NCBI GenBank assembly: GCA_046563655.1
Contig: CM102286.1
Coordinates: 3,782,001 to 3,846,000 of the forward strand
Reading direction: 5' to 3'
DNA: 64,000 nt
From: Yuukianura sp. NJ FZ-2021
Lineage: Eukaryota
Part shown: positions 52,101 to 64,000 of the stretch, piece after piece
How the letters are laid out: each line of letters begins with the position of its first letter
Numbering within the stretch: the first letter of the stretch is position 1
The notes under the pieces: generated by a model
Database searches by the model: none
Told to the model about the DNA's origin: nothing
The model's input: only the letters and a program-made list of their open reading frames with translations
Translations under genes and position numbers: made by a program

Positions 52101-55100
52101 AAGAACCGATAAAACCTTTAGGTTGACTGAGTTGATTACATAATTTTGAACTAAAATGGAATTGATCAAAAAAGCATGGGTCAGCGGGAGGGTCATAAAA
52201 CTGGTGAAACATGGCCAGATAATTTGAGCATGATGTTGGAGCAAAAACGCGCCGAATTTCAACTTTTAGGTTCCAAGACTTGCGACCAACCACTTCTAAT
52301 TTTTTTTTGAAGTAACTTTGGAAAAGAAACGGGGAACCTTAATTGACACTTGACACGGCATCATCTCCTTTACTTTTACACGCTCGGGAAATGCATGTTT
52401 CTTATTACAAAAAATCCTATGCCATTGTCAACCGAAAGTCTACGCTTCATAACATTTTCCAAACATAACCGAGAAACTAACGCGTTCTATAGGTAATTCC
52501 AGCCATTGTACTTTTCACTCCTTGGAAAGTGAGAAACGGAAACTGAAACTTTTTCGTGCAAATGTAAAACTTTTTTAGGCTGAAGTAAACGCGTCAAAAA
52601 ACTGCTTTGGAAAAGTAGCATTTGGAGGCAAACTTTTTGGCAACTCAGGTTGACGCATGTTCTAACTTTGAAAGCCTAATGAACTTATTAGCCACTCTGC
52701 CTTACAAATAGTAGATGAATGAAATTCTCATCGTCTTACATACCCTAATCTGTTCTTAATGTAAATCAAGGTAGATGTGAGGTGAGAAAAACTACTTTTT
52801 TGAGGAAATTTCTATTTAGGAAAAACTTTTCTTTGGAAAGGAAAGTTTTTGATTTTGCAAAAGCGGGATGGCATGCTTCCGTTGTTGGTTTTGGCGATGG
52901 TGTTTGTTTGATTGTGTAGGAAATCCTGGGGATTGTGCAGAATTCATGATGAATTTCATTTTGCGTGAGTGCGTTGGAAGGTGTGCCGTGCCGTGTGAGT
53001 AATAATAGTGTTTGTCGGCGCCTTTTGAGCACCGCTGTAGCATGGAACAGCAAGAGAAAGTGCTGTCATTAATTAAAACAAAAGGGCGTAACGCAAACGT
53101 CTACCAACCCCCTCATTTCCCACACCCCCAAACGACCTATTTTGTATTCCTTAATCCCATGTCACCCGCCAACCGGTACAGAAACTAACGCTCCAATCAG
53201 TCAACACTCCAAACCTTAATCAGGAAATTCTAGTCGTGACATGGGACTGACCTCAAGGAAATTTGACCGTAATGACTTGTCGCCAATTCAAAACCATGAT
53301 TCATTCCCCTGGACATGGAAATCCAACACCTCGGAACTTAAACTACAAAAAATCGATACTTTTCTAATTTTTTTTTGTTTTGTTTTGTTGTTAGCCAAAC
53401 TTGAAATTTGAACCAAAAAATTTATGCCTCTAGCATTCGACTTGTTTTGGAAAGAATCGCAAATAACTGGCAAAACTTTTTTTTGAAATCCGAAAATTTG
53501 GAGCAGAACAAACGATCGACACAAAATTAGGTGACGTCATGCGTGCAGTTTTGAGGCCCACCGGAAAATGTGTTCTGGTCGTAATTTCAACCCTAAAATT
53601 TTATTTGAACAAATTGTGTGTAGCAATAAGCCTACTGTGGCGTACTTAATTTCCCTCACTCCGAAAGTTGACCAGCATCTTCCCTAGTAAGAGGTGGGCA
53701 CGGTGAACAGTAGTTGCTGGTCATATTGATTTTTGATTAGAGTTGGGCAGCTGCTGGGAACCTCCATGACTCTCCATTTCAGGTTCCAATTGAATCAAAA
53801 GTTTATTTGCGAGGAAAGTGGGGATTATCCCAGGAGCAGCAAGCACACTTCGTTGCCCCAAAATCCCTTCCCAAATGCCCAACACTTTCTGTCCAGCACA
53901 ATCCCATGGCTCAATCACGTAGAAACGGTCGCCATGCTTCATCCAAAGGGACACAGCATCAACCATCAGCTTTCCAAAAGAAACTTGTTCAGCTTCTCTT
54001 GGTTCTGGCGATCAGAGGCTCATTGAACAGGAAAAGTCTTTTGATCTTTGAAAATTCTGAATTGTCAAACGAAGTAAGATGCGGGTCACCTCTTCCGTCT
54101 GTCACGTCTGCGTTTAAACTAACCAACTTTAGAATTGTTGGTTAAAAAGGAGAGTTTTTTGCTTATATGCTTTCAAAAACATTGCAAAAATTGTTGAAAT
54201 TCAAAAATCCTGTTTCTGCTTTGAGAGGTTTAGAACTTAGCATTCTTGGCAACCATTTTTTTCAAATCGTCAGCAATTTTGAAACAGTTTTTGAAGTTGT
54301 AGTAAGCTGAATCTCAAAGTAAGCAAAACCAGCAATAACTCAAAGCTGCACGCAATATCTTTGACATTTAAAAATTGTTCTCCTCTAAAGTGGTTTTGAG
54401 CAGCTATCAAAATTCGAAAAACCGAAAAGTCGGTTTCTTATCGTCCAAAGTCATTCTGGTGGAATAATGCATTTTGGATCAAAAGACGAGTATAAACGAG
54501 AAGCCTCTTGTCTTTGATTGAACTTACAACTTCAAATATGCTTTACATTCCAAATGTATATCTTTCCGATTTCCCTTTGTCAGCCCACTTAAGGTTTCAA
54601 AATTTTGTCATTTGCGTTAGAACTTTTTTCCTTTTTATTTCGCAGCTTAAAGTTTTCTCTCTGAAAGAATATTTCAAAAGAAAGCCTCAGTCGTGACACT
54701 TTTGTGATAAGGGGACGTCTAAAATGACTTTTCCAGCAGACTTTCTCCCGTCTGCTCTCCTCGACTTGTTAGAATAGAATCTAAGGAACGCTTAGACAAG
54801 CGTGAGAATTTGTCGAATGTGAAGCAGGAAAGTCTAAAGCCTTTACCCTCCATACGTCACTGTCAATTCTCGCGCTCTCCGTTTGTTGCTAATTTCCTTC
54901 TGCACAAATTCAAGAGGCTGAAAACTGAGGTTTTGGTTGAGGAAAGTGCTCGAGTGGTGCCATGTTACCTGACGCCTTTTTCATGACGGATGGATGTGTC
55001 GCCATCACGTTTTCAAAAAACAAACGTTGCGTTAGAAAAAGGCGGGCGCGTCAGGGCGTAAATTGCGCAGTGGTGTGACAAAAGACAAAAAAAAACTAGA

Positions 55101-57848
55101 AAACCAACCAGCGTGACTTTCAGCAAAAATAACCCACGAACTGTAAATTTTTTGAATTTACAGTTTCCATATTGAATTTGTAAAACAAAAAATGAAAGTA
55201 TTTTACTGCTGTTTTAATTTTCGGAAGTGGTGTGAGTCTACACTGGCATTTTTGTCATTTAATAATGTGTATTTGAAGAATTTTCTTAGAAATTGGACCA
55301 AATTTTGAAATTTGTGGTTCAAAATGTTTTTTAAAATGATTTCAATCGCGTTTTGAGTTAAAGTGTTTTTCAAAAGAGAGGTCCGTGACAGCTTCCAGGG
55401 AACAAATAGAGGTTGGTGTCTAGCCAATTTCCAGTTTTTGTGAAGGTGACATGATCTCTAGGGTTCGACTAAAAGTCGGAACAAAAGAAAAGTTGAGAGG
55501 TGAAAGTGGCAAGAACAAAAGGCAGAATCACAAGGGACTCAGCAGTGACAGAATAGGGCTCGTCTTCTCCACAGTGGCACGAGAGCACAACAAACAAAAT
55601 TGGTATAAAAGCTTTAGCCGGAAACAAGTTTTTCTTATTTCTCTTTTCCTTTGGTCCTAGAATCCCCTTTTGCCAAAAAAGCTATAAGAGGTTCTGCAGT
55701 GTGCGTACTTGAGTACATATGCTGCAGGAGCTTTCACTTCAGAACCTGTACACATTCGGAGCCAAAGCCATGTATCTCAGTTGTCTCAAAATGAAAAGTC
55801 AACTTGTATTCAGCCTCGGTTGAAGGGAACCTCCATTTTTCACTCCGAATTTGTTTAACTTGACTTTTTGCAAAAAGAAAACTGGCTTTGTGGCTTTTTT
55901 CCTTTGGTGCTCTGAGTTCGCTCAACTTGGGACGCACTACCATGAAGATCCAGGAGGGAATTGACATTAGGATGGATATCACCCTGTCGACCTGGCATAC
56001 ACTGCACGGTGTAGCCTCGCCCTTTGGCTTCTCTCCATGCCGCCGCTTCCCGCGAAAAATCAAAAACCAGATCAGGAGAACCCATGGGGTGGAAAGATGT
56101 AAATTGCACTTTCTGATTCTCTCTGACTTCTATTTTCTGAAACGGAATCCGGAAGCGCCAAACGGAACATTTTTTAAACAACCGAAAACCCAAAATGGAG
56201 ACACTACTGTGGTCTATGTACTTTACGGAATACATCCGGCTTGAAAAGTTTACTTTAGGTGAGGTTACACTCTCCGCAGTTCTATTTTAGTAAGTCGAGT
56301 TCAATTTTACTCAACATAGGCGGCGTCCAAAATAAATTTCGCTCCAAATTTCAAAACTTTGAAGAGAAAAAAAAGAAAGTCGAAATAAGAAAAAGACAAA
56401 AAATATTGTTTAGTTTTGATTTTTTTTGCTTTCTCCAGGATTTGCGGGGCGTTCTATAAATTATTTACGGACTGTTTTCACTTTTTTTTTCTATCATAAG
56501 CTAAGTTTTGTAGGTTTCTTTAGTTGCGCTTTGTTTCGGTTAATCAAAAATTAGATTGACAGTTTTAATTGACTTGAAGATGTCAACTTTATTATTTTCC
56601 CGCGGTTGAGAATGAATTTGGAATTTGACATTTGACTGGTTTAGAGAGAAGGGTAAAGACCTTCAGTGGAATTCTATTATTCAATTCTAGATTCTCTAAA
56701 CATTCGCTCTGACTTTCTGCCTGGATTTGACTGAGGACTGGGAAGCTAGAGTTGATTTATTCCAAAACTTCAATAAGAAAGGCGGAATTGGAGTTTCGGT
56801 GGTTTTTAGAGCCAAGAAAGGTTTCAAAAACCACAAGGATTCGCACCGAATTTTGAAGCACAGAAGCGTCCGTGGCAACGCACAAACAATTCCTAACCAA
56901 AAAGCTCTTCCGTCTAATGAGATTCCGTTTTTCGTTTGTCCTGAGTCTGGAACATCCGGACTAAAAAGGACGCGGGGGTTCAGGACATTTTCGGCCTCAA
57001 AATTCTGAGTAAATGCAAATCAAGGACTTTGTTTTCCGCATCACAATGGCAGGGAACGGAACTATGGTGAAATTTTGTGATATTCATTTCCTTGCATTTG
57101 TTCTACTTCCGTGTGGTTGGCATTTCGAATTATTTCTCTCATCGTGAATTTGTCCAGTGACATTTAATTCACATTCACAATCATTCACTTGTCATATTTG
57201 TGGTTTTCCGACTCAAATTAATTTGAATAAATTTTCAATAGTCGAACTGAGTCTGCGCACGAATCACAGACACGTATCAGCTTAAAATTCGTTTTGTAAG
57301 CTAAATTTGCTCGCAACGCAGAAGCTTGTACAAATTTACCCCCCCCCCCTCCATGTTTTACGTAATTTGTGAACGCACTGATAGCTTTCTCCTTTGCTTT
57401 CACGAAAGTTGATTAAGAAATTTTTGACAAGATATCAGCATCAAAAATTTCTCGAGCCTTTCTTGATTGGATGTTGTTATCGGTTGTTGTTTTAAATATG
57501 AATGTTTTGGGTGGTTTTTGGTTTCAAAGTTAGAAATTGGAATGATTGTAACAAATAAACTGGTTTTTATAAACTGCTTTGATACGTATCTGGCGCCCAT
57601 CCAAAAACGTTTTGTCAGGAGTGATGAATTCAATTTTGAGGGAAATAAAAATAAAATAGTCAATAATCCATTTCTGTGGCCCACAAAACTTTGTGCTTTT
57701 GAGCCACTAGTACTGGCAGTATTACTAAAGGCGCGTCAAAGAAAGAAATTGTAAAGTGCTTACGCGTGTCACCAATCCCAAGTGCCTCCCGCACTCCGCC
57801 AACCAGCAGCATCCCAACCATCAAAATCCGATGAATCCAATTCTCCAT
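28120..57848 (-). CDS. Ddr: Discoidin domain receptor (DDR)-family receptor tyrosine kinase-like protein with degenerate kinase motifs; about 935 aa, 19 exons
   Basis: Phase-consistent exons: 57764-57848 (signal peptide), 48162-48264 (CATPLGMESKGIADSALSASS), 43328-43403 (GGAWCP..EWLQ), 43001-43156 (QGRYARGKGQEYAE), 42300-42447 (CFRVELLGC), 40471-40773 (YDG..GGLGQLTD), 37821-37960 (WVGW), 36900-37113, 35241-35324, 34639-34874 (TM), 33910-34045, 31146-31324, 30149-30289, ~29632-29736, 29388-29548, 28880-28972 (IHRDLAAR), 28621-28759, 28360-28509, 28120-28278 (ECWQRDPDDRPTF). It is probably a paralog rather than the canonical Ddr. Confidence 0.9.
44302..44314 (+). promoter_or_regulatory. Perfect nuclear-receptor DR1 element (AGGTCA-A-AGGTCA) in a DDR intron
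   Basis: AGGTCAAAGGTCA at 44302-44314, followed about 10 bp later by TGAACTTTG. Confidence 0.4.
48549..48567 (-). promoter_or_regulatory. Triple nuclear-receptor half-site (GGGTCA-C-AGGTCA-AGGTCA, containing TCAAGGTCA) in the first DDR coding intron
   Basis: The plus strand reads TGACCTTGACCTGTGACCC at 48549-48567. Confidence 0.4.
51421..51468 (+). repeat. Two-copy 24-bp tandem duplication
   Basis: TGCTGGCAGTATCCCACTTGGAAC followed by TGCTGGAAGCATCCCACTTGGAAC. Confidence 0.8.
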
Positions 57849-60800
57849 TTTCCCGCCAAAATCTGTGGGAGTCACTTTAGGGTACACACTTACTGACGTT
57901 GTTGCTTAGCTGTTAGTTCCTGCAGTTGTAGGAAAGTTGACGACGCCCTTAAGGCCCCACCACCACAACTTCTACCGTGTGAAGTGCCTACTTTCACACA
58001 CCCCGCCTTGAATACGAAACAAACTGAAAAGTTAAGTTGAAGCGATGATGATGGTGCTCTTGTTCTTGTTAAAAGTTTTTTCCGTTCTCCCTCCAGCAAT
58101 TTCAGTATGGCATCCAATTTTGAGTCACTTCTTGGTAGACATGACACACTAGGATCCAAGGGAAGCAGTCAAAACGCGGAAGTTTTTTCGAAAAAAATAT
58201 CTGAAAAGATTCCAAAAATGATCTGGATCAGCACTTTGAAAATTGGTCCATAAAATATAATATCCACCACTGGGTGGTTTCTCCAGAAATTGGAACATAC
58301 AGTCAATGGACACTTCATTCTCTCCAATTCATAAAGTCTCCAACTCCAGTACAATATTACACAACCAAGTACCCTATTAAGGCAACTTAACATCAGCTTT
58401 TGTTACTCCCGCTCTCCAAAACCTTAGTGAAATTTTGAAAATTCAAATTTGAGCAGAGGTCAACCGCCCTGGAACTGCGGGGAGCCAAAGAAACGGTTGC
58501 TATCCATCACAGTTTTGAACTAAAGAAAAAACTTTTTGCTTTCACTCTAATCAGATTTTGCCTTTCTTTTTGAAAAGAAGAACCAAAGTCTTTTGTAGTT
58601 TGTGGTCGTGTTTACTACTACTCTGAGGTAGGTTATATGCATGCTATTCAGAAGAAAAAAATCGAACTATCGAAGTTTATACTAAAAGAGATTGATGCTC
58701 TACTGTGGGAATTTGGAAGAAAGGTGCAAGGCAAGAAAAGTAAAAAAAAAGTTTTACTTTCTCTTCTCCCCTACTAACTTAAGAAGATGAATTACTAGCT
58801 CCACAATACAAGCCGAACACTTTTGCATTATGTTTTTCCTTTCATTCTAAAAGAAATTGTGAATAAAACATAGTGAAAAGAAATTGGTTAAAAGGAGCCC
58901 AGTTCAACCTCGCTTTTTGAACCTAACCTAACCACGTTCCATTGGAATCGCCTTTGGCCCCAACTTTCTTTTCAACTTTTCCCTCCTTAAGGTTAGGTTT
59001 TCCTCCTTTTCTCATATGCATTATAATCGTAATGGATCCAAGGAGGGGCCAAGAAAAGAAGAAGAAGGCGACGACATGGAAGCCTACAGAAGTCCACAAT
59101 GGAGAAATTGTAATATAGCCTCATACTTTCTTCCATAGAGTAAAAGTAAGTTGTGCTTATGGAGCCCATAAAACTCCTTTTGTGACTCCCTTCATCAACT
59201 ATGCATCTCAAAAGTCTTTCCTACAAGAAACGCTCTTCCGTTCCCTTTTACGGCCTTAGACATGAAGAAGCTGAATCGAGCAACGATCATGCCATCACAC
59301 AAAAATTGAATACAATGAACTTTTCCCGCGCTAACGTTACGAAACTGAGGGTTGAAGACTGAAGGAGGCAAAACCTACTTTGTTACGTCGTACATACAGT
59401 AGCTGTAGCTTCAATCCCTTCAAGGCAACAAAACGTAGCTTCAAAGGGAAGTTCCGTCTACCTTTCACTTTTTGGCTCACATCGTACAGTTACGTTGAAG
59501 CAGGAAATTAAACCTAATCTTTGAAAATGAAGTTGAGTCTTCTAGGTTATGCTAAGTGAAAGAAGGAAAAAACGAGCAAAATATAAAAAAAGTAAGTATT
59601 TTAGTCGTGGCGGTAAAAACCTAACCTAGTTGAAAAGAATAACTCATGCCTAACTCATTACCCAACCGAAAAAAGCTATAAAATGTAAAAGTCATATAAA
59701 TTCTGTATGATTCACTGGAACTTACATGTTCCAGTTTTTCAAATTACCTTCGCTATACAAAAGCAACATTAAAGGACAGCCAAAATCTTGAATTTTGAAA
59801 AACGTAATTCATTTTATCTTCTATTTTCTAACTCTCGTTATTTCTGCCCATTTTAATTTAAATGGATTCATATACAACTTCACTCTTTTGCAAACTTGAA
59901 AATTCTTCTCTTTTTTCAGATTGGGCGTGTCAGTCAAGTTTCCGTCAAAATTTTCATTTTTTTTAAAGTGAGTAACAGCTTTCGTCTGCCAAATTGTAAC
60001 CAAATGCTGAAAACCTAATACACATAACCTGGTAGCCTAACAGGACTTCAAAGCCTTAACTTTTGAAAGCTTAAAGTAGACTCAAGTATTTAATTTGGCA
60101 TGCTAATACTCCAGAAGATGCGGAATTAGGTTAGGCTTTTCTTCGTGACTTGGGAGCCATATGTTGTCTGTCCCTTGTGGAGAGTCTATGAATCATATAT
60201 TAGTATTAGCCAAAAACTTTCTTCATCAGTGCTAATTGCCCAACTTTGCATTCATTCAATTCCTCCTTCTTTTAGCATGAGCGATTAGTAGTTAACATAA
60301 AGTGAAAGTCGGCGGGTGTCAAAAATTAGAACTTATGATTGGTAGAACTCCCCTTATAAAAGCTTTCTTCAGCTAATCGTGTAAAATCTTATTGGTTTTT
60401 GTTGTAACGTTTCATCTACTTTATGATTATAGCAAACCTAACCTTTGGAGTTCCAGTTCATATGAAGAGGGAAAGTATAAATAATAGAGAGAAAGCGCCG
60501 CCTGTAGAAGAATCGTGCTTGTTGGGTTTTTGGTTTGAGAGGGAGGAAATCGGAGAAAAGTAAATGAAATATTGATGAAGAACTAATGGTAATCAGTCGA
60601 AGAGGAACAAAATTGAGATGCTAGAGAGAGAAAGCAGAAGCACATTGCATGTCTAGTCCCTGTCTTCTCATTAGAAAAATGAAAATGTCCAATTCAACAA
60701 ATGTCTAACTTCTATTTTTGGATTCTATTTTTAGAATAGAAGCATAATCTAATCATAGACTTTCTCTTTACCTTATGCGTTATTTACTTAACCCTTCGGA

Positions 60801-62372
60801 CATTAGTTTTCATCATGGTTCTGTTCAAACTGAAAATGAAACTAAAGCAATCAAGGTAAATCAAGTGTGTTTCTAAATTAATTGCATAGTGAAGCTGCAC
60901 TCGGGTTAACCTGCCCTGCAGGATGAATTTCACTTTCACTCAAGGAATCTCATGAGAGCTTTCTTTTTAGTGGGACTCATCTGTTCTGAACAAGAGCTTG
61001 TCAGACTAAGATTAATTGCTCAAATGAATAAGAAAAAAGCGGATAGAAATAGAAAAGATTCAGAGCTCTCAATGCATCATAGAACGAATTGATACGAATT
61101 TTCTCCGTTTTTGTGGAGATTTTATTATGTTTGTCTTGTCTGCTTACCTTCTTTCTGATGATGACTTTTGTGAAGTTGACTTTGATACGTTTTTGTTTTA
61201 ATTTAGTTCAGTGAAGCGATTTTTTTTTTGAAAAAGTGAAAGAAAACAGAATGTGATGAGGATCCAGCGGCTCAGTTCAGTGAAGCTCAAATGGAATTGG
61301 AGAAAGGTAAACTGTCTTGTCCCTTGTGTCCAACCAATTGTAGCGTGTTATTAGTTTTTTCAAGGAAAAGGAGTCTAACGATTCCTAGGTTTTAGCAAAA
61401 GTTTCAGGAACAATAGGCTTTGCGCAGAAGCAGAGAAAGCCTTTAGGGTGCTTCTGATCCGATCAACAGCCAAGTTCCAACTGAACTTTCTCTGGAGTTG
61501 GGGTCTTCCCTTAAGTTAAGAGGGAAGCTAAAGGTGAAAAGAATGCCACGTCCAGGCTAAACCTAATGTTTTGGAATCGATGGCCCAGGCGCAGTGACTT
61601 TTTGCATGTTCAGACAAAATTTCTTCTTTTTATTTATTATCTCCCGTGAGGCAATGAGAAAAGTCAACCACCACGGAATAAGCGTAAGTTGGTGGGTGAA
61701 AATGGAAGAATAAAGGAAACCGCAATACTAAAAGAGCGGAGAGAAAAGTTTGCGAAAATAAACAGGCCCGTCTGGTGGCAAATTGGACTGAATTTTGAAT
61801 TTGGCTCTTCTGGAGTTAAACTCTTGTCAAGAAGTTTCCTCTAGAACATGGATTCCAGCGAGAATTAATTAGTAGTTTTCAAACTTTGTACATTTGGAAG
61901 AAAACAAGAAAACATGAATTCACACCTTTTCCAAATGTCAGGAGCATCTAAATTCAAAATGTTGAATTTACTCTTGTTCAAACTTTAGCTACTCTGTTGT
62001 TTTGAAGTTTACATGCAAAAGTACAAGATTCAGCACAATCACTACTTGAACTTGACAAGATTAAGCACAGTGTCGAATCACTGAATTATCACAAAATTAT
62101 TTCATCAAACTTGTTTCTCATTTTCGCTGTAATGTTAAATCTTGATGAATACATGCCCGCGCTACAAGTTTCCATAAGAGTCTAAATCTGGTGGCAAAAT
62201 TACTTTTTTTTTTAATCTCAAATTCCAATTATTTTTGAAGTTCCAAATACGTTTTAAGGTTCAAGTGTATAAGTTTATTGTTATTTTTCCCGTTTATTTT
62301 TAAATGCTATCATAATCGCAAAGGTTATGCTGAAATTTTTTTTTTTTTGGTTTTCAGAATTCCTGGGTGAAA

Positions 62373-63667
62373 TTAACATCCAACTTTCCATGGGACATTG
62401 TTAAAGTAAAAGTGTATTGTTGTTGCTCCAATGGTGTCTGCTATATCCAATAGACATTGTGGAGCATCTCCAAGAACGGCCTATAAAAATAATGTTTCAA
62501 TTGAATAACAATTTTTAGTTAGTTAATTAATAAAGAATAATATACTTTAATTCATTACCTCAATTCCATTAGAATCTGGGTGTTCGTAGCTAGTTGAAGT
62601 ACCAGTTCCAGGGAAGAATAAGCAGAATCCGAACATTTCTCCGAATTCGTTGTACAAGATGCAAGTGGGTTGGATTCTGTTGCAGTCGTAGACTTCGTAC
62701 ATTTCAACTTGGTAGAAATTGTGCCAACCCATGCCGGGTACGCAGTTGTTTACGGTCCATCCATTGGCTGTTGCGTCTTCTCGAAATTTATATGCAACTT
62801 TCAAGTCTGCAATTCCCCGGCCATTTTGAAAGTATACTTGACTAGTAGCGCCAATGTGTCCATCGTCTGAGTTTGATACTTCGCAAAGAGCCTCTGCCAA
62901 AATTTAATATGAATATTCTGAATTTTAATATTGAATTATATGCAAAACATTTCCAACAATGCTTGCGCATTCGTAGACACGAGCAGAATGTTGACCAACC
63001 TGGACGCGTAACATAAACTGTGATGACAAAGTAAGTAATGTCATTGATAGTTGAGTTTTGGTACATTGGAATTTCCCCCCATTCTGTTGTGCCTTCAGGA
63101 AGGAGAATTTCAGAGTGAGGAAGCTAAAATATTGTTTGATATTTGAGAAACTTCATAAAGCTTAATTTTTTGTTTTAGAAAACAAAATTGAAATTTGTTT
63201 TGGCACATGGTCTTACCATAGCCTGGACCCCGCCTGCGAATCCGTTTACATCGAACAAAATTGCAACTCCGGTGTCACTGGGATGCATGTACCGAAATCC
63301 GTTAAAGTCCCCGCCATTGTGACAGTCGTCTCCGCTCATTTTTACCCAACCTAGCCTCTCGGCGTCATTCAAATTCCGCGGGAGCTGCTCATAGCCGTTC
63401 CCCACCGGCAAAAGTTTCCATGTCTCTGAATAAAAAAAAAGACATGCTGAAAACGTTCCACAAAACCAAAAATCAGCGCCCTAATTTTCGAATTTCTTAC
63501 TTCTCAAGTCATTCCAGAAGCTGAATCCCAAAGTTTCTAGTTAAAAAATTAGTGAAGAAAAAAACAAATTGGAAAATGAAAACATACAAAATCTTTTTGA
63601 AAATAGAGTTAAACAACTTACGGGATGCGAACAACGTAAGGCAGAACAGGGTCAATATTTTTGTCAT
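62373..63667 (-). CDS. Secreted protein of unknown function (285 aa, 6 exons) with an internal two-fold repeat
   Basis: Exons 63622-63667, 63501-63536, 63217-63425, 63000-63123, 62559-62893 and 62373-62480 splice in frame. Signal peptide MTKILTLFCLTLFASQTLG, then FSFWNDLRKTW...LPRNLNDAERLGW...ILFDVNGFAGGVQ...CVPGMGWH...TTIHFYFNNVPWKVGC*. A TATA-like TATTTAAA lies near 63754-63761 on the minus strand. Confidence 0.85.
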
Positions 63668-64000
63668 TGTGTTGATTTCGCTTGATTTTGAATTCAGGCT
63701 GAATGGTTGAGTTGAATCCAGAATTGAATACTCAAGGAGCTGTTACCTCAGAGTTTAAATATGAATTTGGAGCATTTGAAATTTGATTAGCAGAATAGTG
63801 TTATCGGGTTGTCAATCTTTTATCTTTTTAGGAATTTCGACAACTACTCTTCACCTAGTGAAAGAAATACCGGAATTTAATGCCAATATCATAAATTTAA
63901 GTGGACGTGCAGTATGGCAACGGTTTCACACACATCCAATGCCCAAATGCTAATAGTGGTGTGACGGTTCGTGGTGCAACCATGTATTCCCATTGGAATG

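Noticed and set aside
55734..56244. Overlapping 109-126 aa ORFs on both strands
   Set aside because: No domain signal; consistent with chance ORFs in a long intron.

Overview
This is AT-rich, intron-containing arthropod DNA. A springtail-like hexapod is my inference from the gene families and the mostly 55-110 nt GT-AG introns. There is no prokaryotic operon, CRISPR array or intact transposase. I spliced ten protein-coding genes by eye. In order: an SLC5 sodium/solute symporter (-); an intronless divergent ionotropic receptor (-); a two-exon diapausin-like cysteine-rich peptide absent from the ORF track (+); a prolyl oligopeptidase with an apparent signal peptide (+); a two-exon gustatory-receptor-like 7TM gene (+); mitochondrial Hsp90 TRAP1 (+); a small 4TM MARVEL/Snakeskin-like gene (+); the allatostatin-B/MIP precursor (-); a ~30 kb, 19-exon discoidin-domain receptor with a degenerate kinase (-); and a 285-aa secreted protein of unknown function (-). 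A decayed ePHD-finger pseudogene lies behind a tandem array of a TGGCAACA motif. The best leads are the diapausin next to an apparently secreted POP, the DDR-like probable pseudokinase, degenerate MIP paracopies, and clustered nuclear-receptor and Blimp-1/IRF-type motifs across the MIP-DDR region. All family calls come from motif recognition, not database searches.
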